From: Azolla caroliniana
Lineage: Eukaryota; Plantae; Polypodiophyta
Direction: 5' to 3'
Assembly (NCBI GenBank): GCA_043228905.1
Contig: JBHGNT010000018.1
Coordinates: 11,780,001-11,844,000, forward strand
DNA: 64,000 bases
Shown here one piece after another: positions 11,925 through 22,231 of this stretch. Made by a program: the position numbers and the translations under genes. Under the pieces are notes generated by a model. The model did not search any database and was not told the origin of the DNA. It saw nothing but the letters and a program-made list of their open reading frames with translations. Within the stretch, counting starts at the first letter, position 1; each line of letters begins with the position of its first letter.

Positions 11925-12617
11925 GATCACTCTCTTCAACTCTCCCAGTCTAAATACATTCATAAGGTGCTGAAGCGCTTCATCATGGAGAACATGAAGC
12001 TAGCATCGACTCTGCTCCCTACGTCAATCAGACTATCGGATAGAAACACTCCTTTGACAGATGAGGAGAGAAAGCTCAATGGAAAGATACCTTATGCATT
12101 GGCCACAAGAACTATCATGTACGCAATGGTGGCGACCCGATCCGACCTTGCCTAGGACAGAAGCATTGGGAGGCCGTCAAGCACATCCTTAGGTATCTGA
12201 GAGGAATCATGGATGCACAACTAAATTTCGGATCAGCCAATCCGACTGAAGTCGAAGGCTATACCGACTCCAACTATGCCGAAAATATGGATAATTGGAA
12301 GTCGACATCAGGCTATCTTTTCACCTATGGCGCAACGCCATACCATGGAGATCAAAGCTTCAAGAGTGCACATCTTTGTCTACCATTGAGGCTGAGGACA
12401 TAGCAGCATTAGAGGCAGCAAAGGAAGCCATCTGGCTACACCGACTATAATCTGACTTCTTAGCTACAAGCTGAATTGACCATCCAACGCCGACCATCTA
12501 GTGCAACTCATAGAGTGCAATACACCTCATTAGAAATCCTGCCTACCATGTGAAGATGAAACATATTGAGGTGTAATTTTATCACATCTCATGGAGCTCA
12601 TAATGGAGAAGGAGGTC
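11925..12617 (+). pseudogene. Copia fragment E (RT end and RNase H), left part; host of element F
   Basis: VLKRF, ATRSDLA, GYTDSNYA..KSTSGY, EAAKEAIWL, KHIEV. Resumes at 21678. Confidence 0.82.
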
Positions 12618-13054
12618 TGTTAACTCTTAGGGCCGGACAATGGCCTAACACAGGGTGTCTATGGAAGACACTTCACCAAAGGGGTGTTACGGCAAGAGGA
12701 TTAGGCTCAACGATTAATCCGACTTAATTAGGTTACTTAGCAAGATTGTACTTAATAATCACACGTGTAAGATATAACAATGAATGCAGAACGACAATTA
12801 ACACATAGAGATAAAAACACTAAGCTTCATTAATTATCCGCTGCTCATTACATTGTATCCGGGCCTTTAAATAGGTTTCCGGTTTGTAGTACAAAACGGT
12901 GCCATCCGCACCTGTTCGGGATCGGTCCGGATCCGGAACGGCATACCGATTCTGGTCCGTCCGTCCACACTAATAGCTTACTTACAACCATTCCTTAATA
13001 ATTAAATAACTCCTCCGTTTCACACTCTGGACTACTTTTCCGGCCGGTAACACA

Positions 13055-13094
13055 TGGCACGCCCGTGGTACAGTACCTTGTACGTCGAATCCAC
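13055..13094 (-). other. tRNA-3'-end-like motif at the PPT position of element F
   Basis: Sense strand reads GTGGATTCGACGTACAAGGTACTGTACCACGGGCGTGCCA, then TG, then the 3' LTR. Confidence 0.8.
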
Positions 13095-13159
13095 CATCCG
13101 ACCCTTGCTATTCTTCGTCCAAAATATCCAGAATGCTTTGTTCGAGAGTCTCCAATGGT

Positions 13160-15879
13160 TCATCTGGAATTGGTTGTTGTTGTTGTTGTGGTTGTTGTTG
13201 CTGCTGTTGCTACTCCGTTGATGGCTGCTGCGACTGGTCCTTTGGTTGCTGCTCCTCTGTTTGTTGCTCTGACACCGACGTTTCCGTCGTTGCTCCCTCC
13301 GTCGGCCTGGCCCTCGGCCGGCGACGGTTCCTCATCACTAAGGTTAACCGTTGCCGCTTCCCGTGCTTTTTCTTCCCGAACCCGGGACCGCTCGTAGCTT
13401 TCAAACTGGATTTGAGCGTCCAGCCTATCATCGTCTAGCTGAGCTACGAGTTGCCGGACCTCCACCAGCTGTTCATCCACCAGGACTTGGAAGTCTTCAG
13501 CCAGCTCATCCCGTATGGCGGTGAAGTCCTCGGAAGTCAACGTGTAACAATCATCTCCTTCCTTCCGCCGGTTTGCCACGTCTGCCCGTAGCAATTGGAA
13601 TTCCACCGTATTTTGTGCCCACTTTGTCCACCATCTTATGGAGCTTTCGTCAATCAAGCGTTTTGTCTGATTTAGCCATGCCCGGAGGATGCACTGAATC
13701 CGGCCCGTTCCTATCTGCGATTTGATCTCCGCAGCTTGCTGTTCCTCCTTCAATTGCTTGATGATTTTGACGTTGTCTTCCGCCTGCTCCTTGTAATGCG
13801 TCAATTGCCTTTGATATGTGCTTTGTAATTTTTGCAATATCGTGGTCGCTCTCTCCCTTTCTTCCTGTTGCTGACTCTGGAGCTCCATCCGAACCTTCTC
13901 CGCCTCGTCCAACCGTCTTGTATTTTCCGCTTGTTCGTTGGCAAGCGCCGTCGCAGCCTAATCAACTTCCTGCTGGAGCTCGGCCATCCGTTCCTTATGC
14001 TCCGTTTCCAGTCGTTTGTAGTCCCGGTGCAGGTGCTCAAAATCATCTGTCTTTTGCTTGAGCCGTACGTTGATCTGTCGACGGGCCCGATCCTCGCGGT
14101 CCTTCTGCTGACGGAGCTCCTCCTTTAGCCGTTCAATTTCCGTTTCCGCCGTCTTCCGCAGCTTGTCCTTTTCCTGCAACACTTTATCCTTTTCCTCCTT
14201 TAGCCGGTCGTAAGCTTGATGGCCTTTCCGGAGGCTCTCCTCTGCCTGGCGGAGGTTTTCAGCAGTCTTCTTTAATTCTGCTTCGGCCGCTGTCTTCAAT
14301 TCCCGTTCACGGCTCCTTAGCGCTTCTTGTGTGGCAAGTTCATCTCTCAATTCCGCAAGCTCCTAGGCTTGCGCCGCATCTCTCTTTGGAACGGTTTCCG
14401 TTGCCGGGGTCTTATTAGTATGTACAGGTTGGTATGTTTCTGTATTCTGTACACTTACCGGAGTCACCGGTGCTTGGATCTGTGTTGCCGTTAATGCCAT
14501 TTTGGCCATTTTTGCCATGACCTGATCCAAGTCTTTTTCAAGGCACCGGATTCTAAACCGGGCCGTCTCTAGTTGTTCGGTTGTGACGAGCAACCGTTCG
14601 CTTTGCGCTCGTTCTTCCGCCTCAATATACCCCACTGCTCCGGCAATCTGTTCGCCTATCCACCGGAGCCACAGGCTACCGGTGCATTGTTGTTGCGCTT
14701 GCACGGAGGTTTGACGGATGGGCTCGCTTGTGGGTGGGTGGTCCCGCCTGATTGCGCCGAGTTGCAATTCCGTTTCTGCCCGTGTACCACCCTGATGTCC
14801 TGGTTCCCCTTGCGCTTCTTCTTGGTTGGTCGAGGGAGGCTGCATTGACCTTTCCGACTCTGGCGGGATGGGACTTGCCGGTGCTGCTGGTGGTGCAGGG
14901 GCTTCTGATTCCGGTGCCATGCGCACCGGTTCCGGTTCCTCCCTTGGCGTGGGAGTCTCAGTATGGGGAGCCGGTGTTCTCTCCGTCTGAGGGTCCGAAC
15001 GTTTCCCGGCTGCCTCAACGGTCCTTGCCGACGACCGTCGCTAGAGGTGCTCCGTAGGCTCCTCCTCTATTTCCTCCTCCTGAGTCCCGGTATTGAGTTT
15101 CGCCGCCAAGGGGTCCGCTTCTCTATTCACCGGTCGGCGGAGTGTAATCTTTACGGGCCGTACCGGTGGTCCTCCTGCGCATCCGTTGGCCGCTTCCGGC
15201 TGGCGCTCTCCTTTCCCGCCTGTTCTGCGTTCACCGCCTTCCCCTTAGTGGCCTTAGAGGCCAACAACTGTTGTGTTTTGGAAGCAGTCTTTGGGGTGCC
15301 ATCCGCCACTCTTCCCCGCTTCTTGGGCTAGACGGGCTGGACGGGTGGCACAAGCAAGGTGAGCCAGTGCGTTACTGCATGCCATATCCTCCGTCCTTCT
15401 CGGCCTTCTTTGCCGTCTTTTCCTCTGACGATCTCGATCGCCGCACACAAACCGTCTGCGATCAATACCAGGCAATCCACCTTGATCCCTTCATAGGTGG
15501 CGATGATCATCCCTGCCCGGTTCTGCGGCATGACAGGGGGTCTAGGGTACACATGGCCATATTCGTGGAGCACATGGGCAATCTCGCGGAATAGCATATC
15601 TCCACCGCCCTGTGTCCGGTAGCCCTTGCTGGCTAGGGAGTACTCACCAAAATACTTGATGAGTTGCTCCGAGGTCGGATTGTCGATCGTGAATATGCCT
15701 CCCTCCGGAAGGCCTGTTAACGCACGGATCGCCTCCGCCGTTATGACCTCTGTGTCGATTTCTTTGATCACCTTGTCGGCTTCTTTGTGTGGCGGTACCT
15801 CCATAATCATCAAGAAGCCCTCGAGCCCGTGTTGCTTTAGCCATTTCTTGGCGGCTTCCGACAGCGTTTGCAGGTCCAT
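13160..15879 (-). pseudogene. Extra sense ORF of F downstream of pol: globular N-terminal domain (PMD/Transposase_32-like) plus long coiled coil
   Basis: Consecutive ORF pieces 15328-16176, 14363-14926, 13958-14350, 13160-13912. Motifs ITAEAIRALTGLPEGG and GIKVD. E/K/R/Q-rich helical region. Homologous to 45072-47900. Confidence 0.75.
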
Positions 15880-16258
15880 GTTTGTGTCGAGGTCGGATTG
15901 TGGTGGCGAGGTTGGATGGTGATGAGAGTGAGAGTGAGAGAGAGAGAGAGAGAGTTCAGAAAGCGGGGGTTCTTTGTGCGTAGGTTCTCGTCTGGTGATC
16001 TTCCAACGCCTCGGTGCTTCTGTGCTCCTGGGTTCACGAAAGTAGAAGGTCTCCATGCGCTGTGGTTTTTCTCTGTGCATTCTGGCACCTTTTTGGAGCA
16101 TGTGCACGTCTTGTCCTAAAATAGCATTATGTCCTGTGGCGGCGCTTAAATGCCCACTATGTACCTTTTCGCTCATCGCTCTCTCGTCCGTTCATACCTC
16201 GCTTTTGCATGATTACTTTGCTTTTGTATTTTATTTTATTTTTAAATATAGTGTGAGG

Positions 16259-19200
16259 TTACTTGTCCGTTGGTCCTATCGGACCCTTACCGGCCTCATT
16301 CTCCCCAGTTACCGGCTTGCTGTCTCCTCCGTCTTGGTGGTTGCCGTTTCCCTTACAGGTTGCCGTTTCCGCACCGGTTACCAATCCGGTGTCGGTCCTT
16401 TGCTCAAATGGGTTCTTGGGCATCGGTCCTCTATATGGCTTCAATCTGAATCCGTTGACCCATTTGCCTAGCACTTCGCCGGCAAGTGTCCCTAACTGGT
16501 AGGACCCATTATACTCACGTGTCAGCCAATATGGGCCAGTCCATCTAAACCGTAGTTTACCCGGCATCTTGCCCATCCGGGTTTGAAATACTAACACCGG
16601 CTTGCCGATTTCGAACATTTTTTCATTTCCTTTCCTGTGCCGGTCGACAAATGCTTTCCGTCGCCGTTGTTCATCTCCTCCGGAGGCAGCCCTGTGCTCA
16701 GAAACTGGTGCATATTTGTGAGCCACTTGTCTTCCTATGCCACCGTCTCATCTGTTGTCGTTTCCGTAGTTACTCGAAACAGCTCCGCATCCGGAAACTC
16801 GTCCGCTACTCCGTCGCCCGTCTCTCCGGACTCTAGTCGGCTTAAATAATCCGCTATGGCATGCTGTATACCGGGTCGGTGGAATATTTCGAACTCGAAT
16901 TCCTATAACAGTAAGGTCCACCGGGCCAACTTACCGGTGAGTGACGCCTTGGACACCAGGTAGAGGAGTGCCGAATGATCTACATGGAAGGAAAACTTCC
17001 TTCCCAATAAATAATGCCAAAATTTTGTCACACTGTAGATCATCCCTAGAGCTTCCCGTTCCGTGGTAGAGTAGTTCCGTTCCGCTTGGGATAGCTTTCG
17101 GCTGGCATAGTACATTGGCCGGTACCACTTTGGCTCCGTAAGCTGCATCAGTATGCTTCTGATTGCGATGTCAGAGGCGTCCACGAACACATGAAATTCT
17201 TTACTCCAATCCGGAGGCTGCACTACCGGTGCTTGCAACAATAGTACCTTGAGGGCCCTATACGCCCTATCCTCGGTGTCGGTCCACTGGAATGGTGTTC
17301 GATGTACCGCGGCATGCAACGGTGTAGCCAGGTCGGCCAAGTATCGGAGCATCCGGCTGTGCCACCGGATCTGGCCTAAGAACCGGCTCGATGCCTTTGC
17401 CGTTGCCGGCGCCAGTAATTCTAATATGGCTTTCACTTTGTCCGGGTCGATTGCAATGCCTTCCTTGCTCACAATATGTCCTAGTAGGGTTCCACTGGAC
17501 ACGCCAAATACACACTTCGCTGGATTCAAGCTTAGCCGGTACGCTCTACACTTTTCTAGACAAAGACGGAGGTGCTGAAAATGGTCCTCTTCCCGGCTAT
17601 AGATGGCGAAGTCGTCAAGGAAAACCTGCATAAAAGCCGGGATATATTCACCAAAGATTTCCATGATGATTTGTTGGAATGTTGCCGATGCCGTTTTGAG
17701 TCCGAACATCATCACAACGGCCACAAACACCCCCCATTTGGTGACGAAAGCCGTTTTCTCTTGGTCGACGGGGTGCATCCGGATCTGATTATACCCGCTG
17801 AATCCGTCTAGAAAGCTATAGACCTCATGGCCGGCGACAGCATCCAACACTCCATCTGTGAACGGAAGTGGAAACGCATCTGTTACCGTAGCCGCATTGA
17901 GTTTCCGGTAGTCCACACAAACTTGAATTTTTCCGTTCTTCTTCGGTACGACTACGATCGGGCTCAGCCATGTCGCTTTCTTTACCGGACGGATAAAGCC
18001 AACTCTTAGAAGTTTGTCGATTTCCTCCTTGACTTTGGCGGCATAATTGGGATTCATCCGGTACCGTCTTTGTGCCATTGGTTTTGCGTCCTTGCTCAAG
18101 TGAATCTGATGTTGGTATAACTGAGGGTCGAGCCCTCGAATGTCTTCGTATGACCAGGCAAACACGTCGCGAAATTCCGTGAGAAGTGTGATCATCGCCG
18201 TTTTGTCTTCGGACTTAATCTCCTTGGCGATGTGCACCGGTTTTGCTTCGTCCGTGGTCCCTAGGTTCACCTCTTCAAGTTGCGACACTTTTACGCGCAG
18301 TGAAACGGCCATTTCCCGTTCCAACGCTTCCTGTGCTTGCCGTAACTCTCGGATTGCGTCCTTATCAGGTTCTGCTTCAGTCTCTTCCGGCTGCGGTAAG
18401 TATGGTGCTACTGCTTCGGCAATGTCAATTTCAAAGAGGGGTACGATCTTCGGGTTTTCCTGCAAGTACTGAGCTTCTTCTTCGTCAGCTAAGCCTTCTA
18501 GCATGTTGATGCACTTTGTATACAACGGTGTACATTCCTTGCTAGTGCTCGTCCTTGGTTGTGTTGGTACACGTACCTTGGCTTTTCCTCGCCGGAAGGT
18601 AATTATATTTTTGCTCCAATTCTGTTTGATATGTGTCGTTTTCAACCATGGTCGCCCCAACAATAGCGGGTACGCACCTTGTGCCTGTAATTAGAGCACT
18701 ACTGCCGAGATGTGAAGTGTATGACCACCAACGTTGACTTCTAATTTTCGTATTAATCCTGTCAGCCGCACTGAGCTTGTATCGGCCATCCGTAACCAGA
18801 ACGGACACAGCTCCCACTCGTGGATTCTCAGGGCATTACACGTCCAGAGGCTTATTTACATTCACACCGGAGCCTCCGTCTATTACTGTGCCGGGAAGTT
18901 CTTTCCCTTTTACAATGGCAATAATTACCCGACTGTTGGTGTCCACCACCGTTGGTCCCTCCTCCGGATTCGAGAAGAGCATCGGTGCCGGTGATGATTC
19001 TCCTGTCGTCATGGCTGTCTTCAATCCTTCCGTGAATCTCGGCACGAGCTGTAGGAGTCTTCCTAGTGGCAGCGTAATCTGGCATTCTTGCAACGCCTGC
19101 CATGTCTCGTTCTCGGAGTGACTGCCGCTAGCAAGCCCTACGGTGTTCTCTTTTTGCTGCTCTAAGTCTGTTACGTTTTGCTCGTTTTCCTTCTTCACCC

Positions 19201-21126
19201 ATTCCGTCGCTTGCTTCCGGATGGTCTCCTGCGTCTCCCATTCCTTGGCCATGCCCTTCGACCTTGTGGTCACCTGCTGCAGATCTGCCACTTCAGGGAC
19301 TACCATATTTACTGCCGGTCGTTTGTCATAGCTCTTCGCCGGGCATTGATTACTATAATGGCCTTCCTGTCGGCAGTAGTAGCAGTAGGCTTTCCGGGTA
19401 TTGCTGGATTTGGCATTGTTTGTTGTACCCAGGGTAGGTCCTGTGGCAAGCGCGGGGTTTTGGGCCGGTTGGCTGCTTGAAGGTCCTTGTTCCGGATCCC
19501 GTGGGTGGCCGCCTTTTTTGAAATGCCGTTTTTTGTTATAGTTCTTCTTATTGCGGTACTCTTGACGAGGTTGGTCGTTATATCTGCCGTATTCCTCCCG
19601 TTGCTGACGATACCTGGGGGAGTGCTCCCGGTCATAATGTTCGTATCGTATATTGTAATCCCGGTACCGATCATTTCTATCGTGCCGGTCGTAGTTATCC
19701 CGCCGATCATCGTACCAGACATCATTCTCCCGTCGATCGCCATACTGGACATCCTGTGCTGGTCGGTATCGGTCCATTCACCACCAGCGTTCCTCTTCTT
19801 CATCTCGGCTGCTGCGTGGCTCTATTTGTCGGACGAGCGGTGCTTGCCGGTTCAATAGATTATACTCGCACCTATCCGTCGTATGGCCCTTGGATTGACA
19901 GATTACACATTGGGTCCTCATAGTGCATTCTAGTGCCGAGTGTTCGGAATTCAAGCAGGTTGTGCACTGTATTGCTTGCCGAAACCGGAGGTCTTCATCG
20001 GACGGTAACGCCCGTTGGAGTGCTCCCGGTGTGAGCCAGGAGCTTGTCTTTTCCATCTCTCTACCCGGTCAATGACTTGGTCGATGGTACTTGCGCGAAA
20101 GTCAATTACCGTGCAAAGCGTGCATAGGGGTTCCCGGAGCGCATTTAGGAATATAGTCTGTAATTCCTCCTTCGGGGGTGCGCGGGCAAGCTGACTATGC
20201 ATCCGTTGAAACCGGATGACAAACTGGGGAATGCTCTCCCCTTCCTCCTGTCGGATGGTATAAAACAAGCCCACCATTACTGTCTGGTCCACCTCCTTTT
20301 GGAAAAAATGCAAGAATTTAGCTTTTAAATCTACGAAGGTGGTGATGGTAGACGGGTCTTGCGTCCGGCGCCATCTTGCTGTCGGTCCCTCCAATGTGAC
20401 GCCAAATTCCGCTATCTTAGAGCGTTCCTCTTCCTCCGAGGTCAATCGTTGGGACACATGGTTTGCTTCCCATGTCTGTTCAAAGGTGTGAACATGAGCT
20501 TCCGCGTCCGGATCATCTCTATACTTGGATTACTGGAACAACATGTCGTCGTCCGGTATCGGTGCGCGGGCTGGTGGTGTTGGTGGTCGTTCCTGGTTTT
20601 TCTCCGGCGTCGGTGGTCATTCCTGATTTTTCTCCGGCATCGGTGGTCTTTCCTCTTCTTTTGGTGACGGAGGCCTCTCCTCCTCGACTTCCGGTGTCGG
20701 AGGTCGCTCTTCCTCTACTTCTGGTTCCGGAGGTTCCAGCCTTAGCACTTCCGGTTCCGGTGTCGGTAAGGTGTCCGATCCTTCGTCCTCCGGTCCGCCC
20801 GGGGTGTCGTTGCTGCTACGGTAGTTCGTGTGCACGTTGTATCCCCCTTCGGAATTTGATTCATATGTTGAAAAGGCTTCTGCTTCGCCTTCTCCGCTTG
20901 CCAACACTTGGAGAAGTGATTCGGTTTCCCGGAGGCCTATTAGGCTGTTGCCGTCGTCCGGGTGCGATGTTTGCTATAACCGGATGGACTCCTCCGCTAC
21001 TCTCCGGATTATGTTGGAAAACGAGCGATCCGCTGTAATTTCGTGCGCCGCTTGCTGGAAAGCCTGACGTCTCCTTTGCCTTTCGGCAAGGCGTCGAGTT
21101 CGATCTGTAACCAGGAATCTAGTCAT
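16259..21126 (-). pseudogene. Element F gag-pol
   Basis: gag with three CCHC knuckles (CTTCLNSEHSALEC, CVICQSKGHTTDRC, CYYCRQEGHYSNQC), protease IDGGSGVN, RT (CVDYRKLN, LDGFSGYNQI, FLDD), RNase H (VDASD, REALG, VDH), integrase C-terminus (RWTGPY) only. Confidence 0.92.
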
Positions 21127-21214
21127 CCATTCATGCCGTCGTTCGCTGCAAAAACAGGAATCGTGGTCGCCAAAAACTGTCTATGTAATAAGCCTCCGGA
21201 CGTGTGATTCCCTA

Positions 21215-21235
21215 GGAATCCCATCGTGGTCGCCA
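21215..21235 (-). promoter_or_regulatory. PBS of element F (tRNA-Arg-like); second shorter copy at 21160-21172
   Basis: TGGCGACCACGATGGGATTCC, 7 nt (CAGTTTT) from the 5' LTR. Confidence 0.8.
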
Positions 21236-21677
21236 AAAACTGTGTTAACTCTTAGGGCCGGACAATGGCCTAACACAGGGTGTCTACGGAAGACACTTCA
21301 CCAAAGGGGTGTTACGGCAAGAGGATTAGGCTCAACGATTAATCCGACTTAATTAGGTTACTTAGCAAGATCGTACTTAATAATCACACGCGTAAGATAT
21401 AACAATTAATGCAGAACGACAATTAACACAGAGAGATAAAAACACTAAGCTTCATTAATTATCCGCTGCTCATTACATTGTATCTGGGCCTTTAAATAGG
21501 TTTCCGGTTTGTAGTGCAAAACGGTGCCATCCGCACCTGTTCGGGATCGGTCCGGATCCGGAACGGCATACCGATTCTGGTCCGTCCGTCCACACTAATA
21601 GCTTACTTACAACCATTCCTTAATAATTAAATAACTCCTCCGTTTCACACTCTGGACTACTTTGCCGGCCGGTAACA

Positions 21678-21796
21678 AGCTCGAAGTACGGAAGATTGAC
21701 ACTAAGGTGAACATCACCGACTGCTTGATGGGGCCACTCCCAGAACAACACTTCGGAGCATTGAGGATCATGATGGGACTACAACTAACAACCGAG
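21678..21796 (+). pseudogene. Copia fragment E, right part (RNase H end)
   Basis: KLEVRKIDTKVNITDCLMGPLP continues the frame interrupted at 12617. Confidence 0.75.
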
Positions 21797-22189
21797 TGTC
21801 ATCATGACACTCACATTATGCCTCAAAAAGATTTGAACCCACGACCTTGTTATACACATGTCAAATCCTTAACCATTGTAATAATATGTTTATATGTATA
21901 GTTTTTAGAATATATAATCTAATACCATAAGAATATTCTATATTACTCTAAAATGACCTAGAATATTCTATATACTAGAACCTTCTAGAATCCTCTAGAA
22001 ATATTTTAGATTACTCTATATTCTAGAATGTCCTAGAATATTCTAGAGTGTTCTATATTACTCTATTGAGACTTATAAATAGGGATCTATCAATCATCCC
22101 AAAACCCAATTGGTTCAACGTCGTTTTATAGCTCTCTGTTTCCTACTCTTTGTAATCCATCTTACAGTGCAATATAATACTTTCCTTTC

Positions 22190-22231
<42 letters not shown>

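Larger units (their letters stand above)
12618..21677 (-). mobile_element. Non-chromoviral Ty3/Gypsy element F with both LTRs, integrase core deleted, extra 3' ORF
   Basis: 435-bp LTRs (12618-13052, 21243-21677) with about 8 differences. TSD AGGTC/AGCTC (1 mismatch). Host RNase H frame continues on both sides. Confidence 0.93.
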
